Source: Balanoglossus misakiensis (Eukaryota; Animalia; Hemichordata). From it: 64,000 nucleotides of DNA. Position numbers and translations under genes: made by a program. Below, in pieces: positions 35,801 through 50,800 of the stretch. The DNA is taken from assembly GCA_040954595.2 (NCBI GenBank), contig CM082583.2, forward strand, positions 5,764,849 through 5,828,848. The letters are read 5' to 3'. Positions within the stretch are counted from its first letter, which is position 1; each line of letters begins with the position of its first letter. Under the pieces are notes generated by a model, which saw only the letters and a list, made by a program, of their open reading frames with translations, had not been told where the DNA came from and searched no databases.

Positions 35801-38800
35801 AAATGACAATTTTTCGACTTTCCGAAATATCAAAATTTCTTCATTTTTTCGAAAAAATCATGGGTTATAGCCCATGAAAATCGTCCAAAAATGACAATTT
35901 TTCGACTTTCCGAAATATCAAAATTTCTTCTTTATTTCGAAAAAATCATGGGTTATAGCCCATGAAAATCGTCCATAAATGACAATTTTTCGACTTTCCG
36001 AAATATCAAAATTTCTTCATTTTTTCGAAAAAATCATGGGTTATAGCCCATGAAAATCGTCCATAAATGACAATTTTTCGACTTTCCGAAATATCAAAAT
36101 TTCTTCATTTTTTCGAAAAAATCATGGGTTATAGCCCATGAAAATCGTCCAAAAATGACAATTTTTCGACTTTCCGAAATATCAAAATTTCTTCATTTTT
36201 TCGAAAAAATCATGGGTTATAGCCCATGAAAATCGTCCAAAAATGACAATTTTTCGACTTTCCGAAATATCAAAATTTCTTCATTTATTCGAAAAAATCA
36301 TGGGTTATAGCCCATGAAAATCGTCCAAAAATGACAATTTTTCGACTTTCCGAAATATCAAAATTTCTTCATTTTTTCGAAAAAATCATGGGTTATAGCC
36401 CATGAAAATCGTCCAAAAATGACAATTTTTCGACTTTCCGAAATATCAAAATTTCTTCTTTATTTCGAAAAAATCATGGGTTATAGCCCATGAAAATCGT
36501 CCAAAAATGACAATTTTTCGACTTTCCGAAATATCAAAATTTCTTCATTTTTTCGAAAAAATCATGGGTTATAGCCCATGAAAATCGTCCAAAAATGACA
36601 ATTTTTCGACTTTCCGAAATATCAAAATTTCTTCATTTTTTCGAAAAAATCATGGGTTATAGCCCATGAAAATCGTCCATAAATGACAATTTTTCGACTT
36701 TCCGAAATATCAAAATTTCTTCATTTTTTCGAAAAAATCATGGGTTATAGCCCATGAAAATCGTCCATAAATGACAATTTTTCGACTTTCCGAAATATCA
36801 AAATTTCTTCATTTTTTCGAAAAAATCATGGGTTATAGCCCATGAAAATCGTCCATAAATGACAATTTTTCGACTTTCCGAAATATCAAAATTTCTTCTT
36901 TATTTCGAAAAAATCATGGGTTATAGCCCATGAAAATCGTCCAAAAATGACAATTTTTCGACTTTCCGAAATATCAAAATTTCTTCATTTTTTCGAAAAA
37001 ATCATGGGTTATAGCCCATGAAAATCGTCCAAAAATGACAATTTTTCGACTTTCCGAAATATCAAAATTTCTTCATTTTTTCGAAAAAATCATGGGTTAT
37101 AGCCCATGAAAATCGTCCATAAATGACAATTTTTCGACTTTCCGAAATATCAAAATTTCTTCATTTTTTCGAAAAAATCATGGGTTATAGCCCATGAAAA
37201 TCGTCCATAAATGACAATTTTTCGACTTTCCGAAATATCAAAATTTCTTCATTTTTTCGAAAAAATCATGGGTTATAGCCCATGAAAATCGTCCATAAAT
37301 GACAATTTTTCGACTTTCCGAAATATCAAAATTTCTTCATTTTTTCGAAAAAATCATGGGTTATAGCCCATGAAAATCGTCCAAAAATGACAATTTTTCG
37401 ACTTTCCGAAATATCAAAATTTCTTCATTTTTTCGAAAAAATCATGGGTTATAGCCCATGAAAATCGTCCAAAAATGACAATTTTTCGACTTTCCGAAAT
37501 ATCAAAATTTCTTCATTTATTCGAAAAAATCATGGGTTATAGCCCATGAAAATCGTCCAAAAATGACAATTTTTCGACTTTCCGAAATATCAAAATTTCT
37601 TCATTTTTTCGAAAAAATCATGGGTTATAGCCCATGAAAATCGTCCAAAAATGACAATTTTTCGACTTTCCGAAATATCAAAATTTCTTCATTTATTCGA
37701 AAAAATCATGGGTTATAGCCCATGAAAATCGTCCAAAAATGACAATTTTTCGACTTTCCGAAATATCAAAATTTCTTCATTTTTTCGAAAAAATCATGGG
37801 TTATAGCCCATGAAAATCGTCCAAAAATGACAATTTTTCGACTTTCCGAAATATCAAAATTTCTTCTTTATTTCGAAAAAATCATGGGTTATAGCCCATG
37901 AAAATCGTCCATAAATGACAATTTTTCGACTTTCCGAAATATCAAAATTTCTTCATTTTTTCGAAAAAATCATGGGTTATAGCCCATGAAAATCGTCCAT
38001 AAATGACAATTTTTCGACTTTCCGAAATATCAAAATTTCTTCATTTTTTCGAAAAAATCATGGGTTATAGCCCATGAAAATCGTCCAAAAATGACAATTT
38101 TTCGACTTTCCGAAATATCAAAATTTCTTCATTTTTTCGAAAAAATCATGGGTTATAGCCCATGAAAATCGTCCAAAAATGACAATTTTTCGACTTTCCG
38201 AAATATCAAAATTTCTTCATTTATTCGAAAAAATCATGGGTTATAGCCCATGAAAATCGTCCAAAAATGACAATTTTTCGACTTTCCGAAATATCAAAAT
38301 TTCTTCATTTTTTCGAAAAAATCATGGGTTGTAGCCCATGAAAATCGTCCAAAAATGACAATTTTTCGACTTTCCGAAATATCAAAATTTCTTCATTTTT
38401 TCGAAAAAATCATGGGTTGTAGCCCATGAAAATCGTCCAAAAATGACAATTTTTCGACTTTCCGAAATATCAAAATTTCTTCATTTTTTCGAAAAAATCA
38501 TGGGTTATAGCCCATGAAAATCGTCCAAAAATGACAATTTTTCGACTTTCCGAAATATCAAAATTTCTTCATTTTTTTCGAAAAAATCATGGGTTATAGC
38601 CCATGAAAATCGTCCAAAAATGACAATTTTTCGACTTTCCGAAATATCAAAATTTCTTCATTTTTTCGAAAAAATCATGGGTTATAGCCCATGAAAATCG
38701 TCCAAAAATGACAATTTTTCGACTTTCCGAAATATCAAAATGTCTTCATTTTTTCGAAAAAATCATGGGTTATAGCCCAGGAAAATCGTCCAAAAATGAC

Positions 38801-41800
38801 AATTTTTCGACTTTCCGAAATATCAAAATGTCTTCATTTTTTCGAAAAAATCATGGGTTATAGCCCATGAAAATCGTCCAAAAATGACAATTTTTCGACT
38901 TTCCGAAATATCAAAATGTCTGCATTTTTTCGAAAAAATCATGGGTTATAGCCCATGAAAATCGTCCAAAAATGACAATTTTTCGACTTTCCGAAATATC
39001 AAAATGTCTGCATTTTTTCGAAAAAATCATGGGTTATAGCCCATGAAAATCGTCCAAAAATGACAATTTTTCGACTTTCCGAAATATCAAAATGTCTGCA
39101 TTTTTTCGAAAAAATCATGGGTTATAGCCCATGAAAATCGTCCAAAAATGACAATTTTTCGACTTTCCGAAATATCAAAATGTCTGCATTTTTTCGAAAA
39201 AAATCATGGGTTATAGCCCATGAAAATCGTCCAAAAATGACAATTTTTCGACTTTCCGAAATATCAAAATGTCTGCATTTTTTCGAAAAAATCATGGGTT
39301 ATAGCCCATGAAAATCGTCCAAAAATGACAATTTTTCGACTTTCCGAAATATCAAAATGTCTGCATTTTTTCGAAAAAATCATGGGTTATAGCCCATGAA
39401 AATCGTCCAAAAATGACAATTTTTCGACTTTCCGAGATATCAAAATGTCTTCATTTTTTCGAAAAAATCATGGGTTATAGCCCATGAAAATCGTCCAAAA
39501 ATGACAATTTTTCGACTTTCCGAGATATCAAAATTTCTTCATTTTTTCGCAAAAATCATGGGTTATAGCCCATGAAAATCGTCCAAAAATGACAATTTTT
39601 CGACTTTCCGAGATATCAAAATGTCTTCATTTTTTCGAAAAAATCATGGGTTATAGCCCATGAAAATCGTCCAAAAATGACAATTTTTCGACTTTCCGAG
39701 ATATCAAAATTTCTTCATTTTTTGATAAAAATCATGGGTTATAGCCCATGAAAATCGTCCAAAAATGACAATTTTTCGACTTTCCGAAATATCAAAATTT
39801 CTTCATTTTTTCGCAAAAATCATGGGTTATAGCCCATGAAAATCGTCCAAAAATGACAATTTTTCGACTTTCCGAAATATCAAAATTTCTTCATTTTTTG
39901 ATAAAAATCATGGGTTATAGCCCATGAAAATCGTCCAAAAATGACAATTTTTCGACTTTCCGAAATATCAAAATTTCTTCATTTTTTCGAAAAAATCATG
40001 GGTTATAGCCCATGAAAATCGTCCAAAAATGACAATTTTTCGACTTTCCGAGATATCAAAATTTCTTCATTTTTTCGAAAAAATCATGGGTTATAGCCCA
40101 TGAAAATCGTCCAAAAATGACAATTTTTCGACTTTCCGAGATATCAAAATTTCTTCATTTTTTCGCAAAAATCATGGGTTATAGCCCATGAAAATCGTCC
40201 AAAAATGACAATTTTTCGACTTTCCGAGATATCAAAATTTCTTCATTTTTTCGCAAAAATCATGGGTTATAGCCCATGAAAATCGTCCAAAAATGACAAT
40301 TTTTCGACTTTCCGAAATATCAAAATTTCTTCATTTTTTCGAAAAAATCATGGGTTATAGCCCATGAAAATCGTCCAAAAATGACAATTTTTCGACTTTC
40401 CGAGATATCAAAATTTCTTCATTTTTTCGCAAAAATCATGGGTTATAGCCAATGAAAATCGTCCAAAAATGACAATTTTTCGACTTTCCGAAATATCAAA
40501 ATTTCTTCATTTTTTCGATAAAAATCATGGGTTATAGCCCATGAAAATCGTCCAAAAATGACAATTTTTCGACTTTCCGAAATATCAAAATTTCTTCATT
40601 TTTTCGAAAAAATCATGGGTTATAGCCCATGAAAATCGTCCAAAAATGACAATTTTTCGACTTTCCCAGATATCAAAATTTCTTCATTTTTTCGAAAAAA
40701 TCATGGGTTATAGCCCATGAAAATCGTCCAAAAATGACAATTTTTCGACTTTCCGAGATATCAAAATTTCTTCATTTTTTCGAAAAAATCATGGGTTATA
40801 GCCCATGAAAATCGTCCAAAAATGACAATTTTTCGACTTTCCGAGATATCAAAATGTCTTCATTTTTTCGAAAAAATCATGGGTTATAGCCCATGAAAAT
40901 CGTCCAAAAATGACAATTTTTCGACTTTCCGAGATATCAAAATGTCTTCATTTTTTCGCAAAAATCATGGGTTATAGCCCATGAAAATCGTCCAAAAATG
41001 ACAATTTTTCGACTTTCCGAGATATCAAAATTTCTTCATTTTTTCGCAAAAATCATGGGTTATAGCCCATGAAAATCGTCCAAAAATGACAATTTTTCGA
41101 CTTTCCGAAATATCAAAATTTCTTCATTTTTTCGCAAAAATCATGGGTTATAGCCCATGAAAATCGTCCAAAAATGACAATTTTTCGACTTTCCGAAATA
41201 TCAAAATTTCTTCATTTTTTGATAAAAATCATGGGTTATAGCCCATGAAAATCGTCCAAAAATGACAATTTTTCGACTTTCCGAAATATCAAAATTTCTT
41301 CATTTTTCGCAAAAATCATGGGTTATAGCCCATGAAAATCGTCCAAAAATGACAATTTTTCGACTTTCCTGAAATATCAAAATTTCTTCATTTTTTGATA
41401 AAAATCATGGGTTATAGCCCATGAAAATCGTCCAAAAATGACAATTTTTCGACTTTCCGAGATATCAAAATTTCTTCATTTTTTCGAAAAAATCATGGGT
41501 TATAGCCCATGAAAATCGTCCAAAAATGACAATTTTTCGACTTTCCGAGATATCAAAATTTCTTCATTTTTTCGAAAAAATCATGGGTTATAGCCCATGA
41601 AAATCGTCCAAAAATGACAATTTTTCGACTTTCCGAGATATCAAAATTTCTTCATTTTTTCGAAAAAATCATGGGTTATAGCCCATGAAAATCGTCCAAA
41701 AATGACAATTTTTCGACTTTCCGAGATATCAAAATTTCTTCATTTTTTCGAAAAAATCATGGGTTATAGCCCATGAAAATCGTCCAAAAATGACAATTTT

Positions 41801-44800
41801 TCGACTTTCCGAGATATCAAAATTTCTTCATTTTTTCGAAAAAATCATGGGTTATAGCCCATGAAAATCGTCCAAAAATGACAATTTTTCGACTTTCCGA
41901 GATATCAAAATTTCTTCATTTTTTCGAAAAAATCATGGGTTATAGCCCATGAAAATCGTCCAAAAATGACAATTTTTCGACTTTCCGAGATATCAAAATT
42001 TCTTCATTTTTTCGAAAAAATCATGGGTTATAGCCCATGAAAATCGTCCAAAAATGACAATTTTTCGACCTTCCGAGATATCAAAATTTCTTCATTTTTT
42101 CGAAAAAATCATGGGTTATAGCCCATGAAAATCGTCCAAAAATGACAATTTTTTGACTTTCCGAGATATCAAAATTTCTCCATTTTTTCGAAAAAATCAT
42201 GGGTTATAGCCCATGAAAATCGTCCAAAAATGACAATTTTTCGACTTTCCGAGATATCAAAATTTCTCCATTTTTTCGAAAAAATCATGGGTTATAGCCC
42301 ATGAAAATCGTCCAAAAATGACAATTTTTCGACTTTCCGAGATATCAAAATTTCTCCATTTTTTCGTAAAAATCATGGGTTATAGCCCATGAAAATCGTC
42401 CAAAAATGACAATTTTTCGACTTTCCGAGATATCAAAATTTCTCCATTTTTTCGTAAAAATCATGGGTTATAGCCCATGAAAATCGTCCAAAAATGACAA
42501 TTTTTCGACTTTCCGAAATATCAAAATTTCTCCATTTTTTCGTAAAAATCATGGGTTATAGCCCATGAAAATCGTCCAAAAATGACAATTTTTCGACTTT
42601 CCGAAATATCAAAATTTCTCCATTTTTTCGAATAAATCATGGGTTATAGCCCATGAAAATCGTCCAAAAATGACAATTTTTCGACTTTCCGAAATATCAA
42701 AATTTCTCCATTTTTTCGAAAAAATCATGGGTTATAGCCCATGAAAATCGTCCAAAAATGACAATTTTTCGACTTTCCGAAATATCAAAATTTCTCCATT
42801 TTTTCGTAAAAATCATGGGTTATAGCCCATGAAAATCGTCCAAAAATGACAATTTTTCGACTTTCCGAAATATCAAAATTTCTCCATTTTTTCGAATAAA
42901 TCATGGGTTATAGCCCATGAAAATCGTCCAAAAATGACAATTTTTCGACTTTCCGAAATATCAAAATTTCTCCATTTTTTCGAAAAAATCATGGGTTATA
43001 GCCCATGAAAATCGTCCAAAAATGACAATTTTTCGACTTTCCGAAATATCAAAATTTCTCCATTTTTTCGTAAAAATCATGGGTTATAGCCCATGAAAAT
43101 CGTCCAAAAATGACAATTTTTCGACTTTCCGAAATATCAAAATTTCTCAATTTTTTCGAAAAAATCATGGGTTATAGCCCATGAAAATCGTCCAAAAATG
43201 ACAATTTTTCGACTTTCCGAAATATCAAAATTTCTTCACTTTTTCGAAAAAATCATGGGTTATAGCCCATGAAAATCGTCCAAAAATGACAATTTTTCGA
43301 CTTTCCGAGATATCAAAATTTCTTCACTTTTTCGAAAAAATCATGGGTTATAGCCCATGAAAATCGTCCAAAAATGACAATTTTTCGACTTTCCGAGATA
43401 TCAAAATTTCTTCATTTTTTGATAAAAATCATGGGTTATAGCCCATGAAAATCGTCCAAAAATGACAATTTTTCGACTTTCCGAGATATCAAAATTTCTT
43501 CATTTTTTCGAAAAAATCATGGGTTATAGCCCATGAAAATCGTCCAAAAATGACAATTTTTCGACTTTCCGAGATATCAAAATTTCTTCATTTTTTCGAA
43601 AAAATCATGGGTTATAGCCCATGAAAATCGTCCAAAAATGACAATTTTTCGACTTTCCGAGATATCAAAATTTCTTTATTTTTTCGAAAAAATCATGGGT
43701 TATAGCCCATGAAAATCGTCCAAAAATGACAATTTTTCGACTTTCCGAGATATCAAAATTTCTTCATTTTTTCGAAAAAATCATGGGTTATAGCTCATGA
43801 AAATCGTCCAAAAATGACAATTTTTCGACTTTCCGAGATATCAAAATTTCTTCATTTTTTCGAAAAAATCATGGGTTATAGCCCATGAAAATCGTCCAAA
43901 AATGACAATTTTTCGACTTTCCGAGATATCAAAATTTCTTCATTTTTTCGAAAAAATCATGGGTTATAGCCCATGAAAATCGTCCAAAAATGACAATTTT
44001 TCGACTTTCCGAGATATCAAAATTTCTTCATTTTTTCGAAAAAATCATGGGTTATAGCCCATGAAAATCGTCCAAAAATGACAATTTTTCGACTTTCCGA
44101 GATATCAAAATTTCTTCACTTTTTCGAAAAAATCATGGGTTATAGCCCATGAAAATCGTCCAAAAATGACAATTTTTCGACTTTCCGAGATATCAAAATT
44201 TCTTCACTTTTTCGAAAAAATCATGGGTTATAGCCCATGAAAATCGTCCAAAAATGACAATTTTTCGACTTTCCGAAATATCAAAATTTCTTCACTTTTT
44301 CGTAAAAATCATGGGTTATAGCCCATGAAAATCGTCCAAAAATGACAATTTTTCAACTTTCCGAAATATCAAAATTTCTTCACTTTTTCGTAAAAATCAT
44401 GGGTTATAGCCCATGAAAATCGTCCAAAAATGACAATTTTTTGACTTTCCGAAATATCAAAATTTCTTCACTTTTTCGAAAAAATCATGGGTTATAGCCC
44501 ATGAAAATCGTCCAAAAATGACAATTTTTCGACTTTCCGAAATATCAAAATTTCTTCACTTTTTCGAAAAAATCATGGGTTATAGCCCATGAAAATCGTC
44601 CAAAAATGACAATTTTTCGACTTTCCGAAATATCAAAATTTCTTCACTTTTTCGAAAAAATCATGGGTTATAGCCCATGAAAATCGTCCAAAAATGACAA
44701 TTTTTCGACTTTCCGAGATATCAAAATTTCTTCACTTTTTCGAAAAAATCATGGGTTATAGCCCATGAAAATCGTCCAAAAATGACAATTTTTCGACTTT

Positions 44801-47800
44801 CCGAGATATCAAAATTTCTTCATTTTTTCGAAAAAATCATGGGTTATAGCCCATGAAAATCGTCCAAAAATGACAATTTTTCGACTTTCCGAGATATCAA
44901 AATTGCTTCATTTTTTCGAAAAAATCATGGGTTATAGCCCATGAAAATCGTCCAAAAATGACAATTTTTCGACTTTCTGAGATATCAAAATTTCTTCATT
45001 TTTTCGAAAAAATCATGGGTTATAGCCCATGAAAATCGTCCAAAAATGACAATTTTTCGACTTTCCGAGATATCAAAATTTCTTCATTTTTTCGCAAAAA
45101 TCATGGGTTATAGCCCATGAAAATCGTCCAAAAATGACAATTTTTCGACTTTCCGAGATATCAAAATTTCTTCATTTTTTCGAAAAAATCATGGGTTATA
45201 GCCCATGAAAATCGTCCAAAAATGACAATTTTTCGACTTTCCGAGATATCAAAATTTCTTCACTTTTTCGAAAAAATCATGGGTTATAGCCCATGAAAAT
45301 CGTCCAAAAATGACAATTTTTCGACTTTCCGAAATATCAAAATTTCTTCACTTTTTCGAAAAAATCATGGGTTATAGCCCATGAAAATCGTCCAAAAATG
45401 ACAATTTTTCGACTTTCCGAAATATCAAAATTTCTTCACTTTTTCGAAAAAATCATGGGTTATAGCCCATGAAAATCGTCCAAAAATGACAATTTTTCGA
45501 CTTTCCGAGATATCAAAATTTCTTCACTTTTTCGCAAAAATCATGGGTTATAGCCCATGAAAATCGTCCAAAAATGACAATTTTTCGACTTTCCGAAATA
45601 TCAAAATTTCTTCACTTTTTCGAAAAAATCATGGGTTATAGCCCATGAAAATCGTCCAAAAATGACAATTTTTCGACTTTCCGAAATATCAAAATTTCTT
45701 CACTTTTTCGAAAAAATCATGGGTTATAGCCCATGAAAATCGTCCAAAAATGACAATTTTTCGACTTTCCGAAATATCAAAATTTCTTCACTTTTTCGAA
45801 AAAATCATGGGTTATAGCCCATGAAAATCGTCCAAAAATGACAATTTTTCGACTTTCCGAAATATCAAAATTTCTTCACTTTTTCGAAAAAATCATGGGT
45901 TATAGCCCATGAAAATCGTCCAAAAATGACAATTTTTCGACTTTCCGAAATATCAAAATTTCTTCACTTTTTCGAAAAAATCATGGGTTATAGCCCATGA
46001 AAATCGTCCAAAAATGACAATTTTTCGACTTTCCGAAATATCAAAATTTCTTCATTTTTTCGAAAAAATCATGGGTTATAGCCCATGAAAATCGTCCAAA
46101 AATGACAATTTTTCGACTTTCCGAAATATCAAAATTTCTTCATTTTTTCGAAAAAATCATGGGTTATAGCCCATGAAAATCGTCCAAAAATGACAATTTT
46201 TCGACTTTCCGAAATATCAAAATTTCTTCACTTTTTCGAAAAAATCATGGGTTATAGCCCATGAAAATCGTCCAAAAATGACAATTTTTCGACTTTCCGA
46301 AATATCAAAATTTCTTCACTTTTTCGAAAAAATCATGCGTTATAGCCCATGAAAATCGTCCAAAAATGACAATTTTTCGACTTTCCGAAATATCAAAATT
46401 TCTTCACTTTTTCGAAAAAATCATGGGTTTTAGCCCATGAAAATCGTCCAAAAATGACAATTTTTCGACTTTCCGAAATATCAAAATTTCTTCATTTTTT
46501 GATAAAAATCATGGGTTATAGCTCATGAAAATCGTCCAAAAATGACACTTTTCCGACTTTGCGAAAGTTTAAAATTTCTTCATTTTTTCGAAAAAATCAT
46601 GGGTTATAGCCCATGAAAATCGTCCAAAAATGACAATTTTTCGACTTTCTGAGATATCAAAATTTCTTCATTTTTTCGAAAAAATCATGGGTTATAGCCC
46701 ATGAAAATCGTCCAAAAATGACAATTTTTCGACTTTCCGAGATATCAAAATTTCTTCATTTTTTCGCAAAAATCATGGGTTATAGCCCATGAAAATCGTC
46801 CAAAAATGACAATTTTTCGACTTTCCGAGATATCAAAATTTCTTCATTTTTTCGAAAAAATCATGGGTTATAGCCCATGAAAATCGTCCAAAAATGACAA
46901 TTTTTCGACTTTCCGAGATATCAAAATTTCTTCACTTTTTCGAAAAAATCATGGGTTATAGCCCATGAAAATCGTCCAAAAATGACAATTTTTCGACTTT
47001 CCGAGATATCAAAATTTCTTCACTTTTTCGAAAAAATCATGGGTTATAGCCCATGAAAATCGTCCAAAAATGACAATTTTTCGACTTTCCGAGATATCAA
47101 AATTTCTTCACTTTTTCGAAAAAATCATGGGTTATAGCCCATGAAAATCGTCCAAAAATGACAATTTTTCGACTTTCCGAAATATCAAAATTTCTTCACT
47201 TTTTCGAAAAAATCATGGGTTATAGCCCATGAAAATCGTCCAAAAATGACAATTTTTCGACTTTCCGAAATATCAAAATTTCTTCACTTTTTCGAAAAAA
47301 TCATGGGTTTTAGCCCATGAAAATCGTCCAAAAATGACAATTTTTCGACTTTCCGAAATATCAAAATTTCTTCATTTTTTGATAAAAATCATGGGTTATA
47401 GCTCATGAAAATCGTCCAAAAATGACACTTTTCCGACTTTGCGAAAGTTTAAAATTTCTTCATTTTTTCGAAAAAATCATGGGTTATAGCCCATGAAAAT
47501 CGTCCAAAAATGACAATTTTTCGACTTTCTGAGATATCAAAATTTCTTCATTTTTTCGAAAAAATCATGGGTTATAGCCCATGAAAATCGTCCAAAAATG
47601 ACAATTTTTCGACTTTCCCAGATATCAAAATTTCTTCATTTTTTCGCAAAAATCATGGGTTATAGCCCATGAAAATCGTCCAAAAATGACAATTTTTCGA
47701 CTTTCCGAGATATCAAAATTTCTTCATTTTTTCGAAAAAATCATGGGTTATAGCCCATGAAAATCGTCCAAAAATGACAATTTTTCGACTTTCCGAGATA

Positions 47801-50800
47801 TCAAAATTTCTTCACTTTTTCGAAAAAATCATGGGTTATAGCCCATGAAAATCGTCCAAAAATGACAATTTTTCGACTTTCCGAGATATCAAAATTTCTT
47901 CACTTTTTCGAAAAAATCATGGGTTATAGCCCATGAAAATCGTCCAAAAATGACAATTTTTCGACTTTCCGAAATATCAAAATTTCTTCACTTTTTCGAA
48001 AAAATCATGGGTTATAGCCCATGAAAATCGTCCAAAAATGACAATTTTTCGACTTTCCGAAATATCAAAATTTCTTCACTTTTTCGTAAAAATCATGGGT
48101 TATAGCCCATGAAAATCGTCCAAAAATGACAATTTTTCGACTTTCCGAAATATCAAAATTTCTTCACTTTTTCGTAAAAATCATGGGTTATAGCCCATGA
48201 AAATCGTCCAAAAATGACAATTTTTCGACTTTCCGAAATATCAAAATTTCTTCACTTTTTCGAAAAAATCATGGGTTATAGCCCATGAAAATCGTCCAAA
48301 AATGACAATTTTTCGACTTTCCGAAATATCAAAATTTCTTCACTTTTTCGAAAAAATCATGGGTTATAGCCCATGAAAATCGTCCAAAAATGACAATTTT
48401 TCGACTTTCCGAAATATCAAAATTTCTTCACTTTTTCGAAAAAATCATTGGTTATAGCCCATGAAAATCGTCCAAAAATGACAATTTTTCGACTTTCCGA
48501 AATATCAAAATTTCTTCACTTTTTCGAAAAAATCATGGGTTATAGCCCATGAAAATCGTCCAAAAATGACAATTTTTCGACTTTCCGAAATATCAAAATT
48601 TCTTCACTTTTTCGAAAAAATCATGGGTTATAGCCCATGAAAATCGTCCAAAAATGACAATTTTTCGACTTTCTGAGATATCAAAATTTCTTCATTTTTT
48701 CGAAAAAATCATGGGTTATAGCCCATGAAAATCGTCCAAAAATGACAATTTTTCGACTTTCCGAGATATCAAAATTTCTTCACTTTTTCGAAAAAATCAT
48801 GGGTTATAGCCCATGAAAATCGTCCAAAAATGACAATTTTTCGACTCTCCGAAATATCAAAATTTCTTCACTTTTTCGAAAAAATCATGGGTTATAGCCC
48901 ATGAAAATCGTCCAAAAATGACAATTTTTCGACTTTCCGAAATATCAAAATTTCTTCACTTTTTCGAAAAAATCATGGGTTATAGCCCATGAAAATCGTC
49001 CAAAAATGACAATTTTTCGACTTTCCGAGATATCAAAATTTCTTCACTTTTTCGAAAAAATCATGGGTTATAGCCCATGAAAATCGTCCAAAAATGACAA
49101 TTTTTCGACTTTCCGAAATATCAAAATTTCTTCATTTTTTCGAAAAAATCATGGGTTATAGCCCATGAAAATCGTCCAAAAATGACAATTTTTCGACTTT
49201 CCGAGATATCAAAATTTCTTCACTTTTTCGAAAAAATCATGGGTTATAGCCCATGAAAATCGTCCAAAAATGACAATTTTTCGACTTTCCGAGATATCAA
49301 AATTTCTTCACTTTTTCGAAAAAATCATGGGTTATAGCCCATGAAAATCGTCCAAAAATGACAATTTTTCGACTTTCCGAGATATCAAAATTTCTTCACT
49401 TTTTCGAAAAAATCATGGGTTATAGCCCATGAAAATTGTCCAAAAATGACAATTTTTCGACTTTCCGAAATATCAAAATTTCTTCACTTTTTCGAAAAAA
49501 TCATGGGTTATAGCCCATGAAAATCGTCCAAAAATGACAATTTTTCGACTTTCCGAAATATCAAAATTTCTTCACTTTTTCGTAAAAATCATGGGTTATA
49601 GCCCATGAAAATCGTCCAAAAATGACAATTTTTCGACTTTCCGAGATATCAAAATTTCTTCACTTTTTCGAAAAAATCATGGGTTATAGCCCATGAAAAT
49701 CGTCCAAAAATGACAATTTTTCGACTTTCCGAGATATCAAAATTTCTTCACTTTTTCGAAAAAATCATGGGTTATAGCCCATGAAAATCGTCCAAAAATG
49801 ACAATTTTTCGACTTTCCGAAATATCAAAATTTCTTCACTTTTTCGAAAAAATCATGGGTTATAGCCCATGAAAATCGTCCAAAAATGACAATTTTTCGA
49901 CTTTCCGAAATATCAAAATTTCTTCACTTTTTCGAAAAAATCATGGGTTATAGCCCATGAAAATCGTCCAAAAATGACAATTTTTCGACTTTCCGAGATA
50001 TCAAAATTTCTTCATTTTTTCGAAAAAATCATGGGTTATAGCCCATGAAAATCGTCCAAAAATGACAATTTTTCGACTTTCCGAGATATCAAAATTTCTT
50101 CACTTTTTCGAAAAAATCATGGGTTATAGCCCATGAAAATCGTCCAAAAATGACAATTTTTCGACTTTCCGAGATATCAAAATTTCTTCACTTTTTCGAA
50201 AAAATCATGGGTTATAGCCCATGAAAATCGTCCAAAAATGACAATTTTTCGACTTTCCGAAATATCAAAATTTCTTCACTTTTTCGAAAAAATCATGGGT
50301 TATAGCCCATGAAAATCGTCCAAAAATGACAATTTTTCGACTTTCCGAAATATAAAAATTTCTTCACTTTTTCGAAAAAATCATGGGTTATAGCCCATGA
50401 AAATCGTCCAAAAATGACAATTTTTCGACTTTCCGAAATATTAAAATTTCTTCACTTTTTCGTAAAAATCATGGGTTATAGCCCATGAAAATCGTCCAAA
50501 AATGACAATTTTTCGACTTTCCGAAATATCAAAATTTCTTCACTTTTTCGAAAAAATCATGGGTTATAGCCCATGAAAATCGTCCAAAAATGACAATTTT
50601 TCGACTTTCCGAAATATCAAAATTTCTTCACTTTTTCGAAAAAATCATGGGTTATAGCCCATGAAAATCGTCCAAAAATGACAATTTTTCGACTTTCCGA
50701 AATATCAAAATTTCTTCACTTTTTCGAAAAAATCATGGGTTATAGCCCATGAAAATCGTCCAAAAATGACAATTTTTCGACTTTCCGAAATATCAAAATT

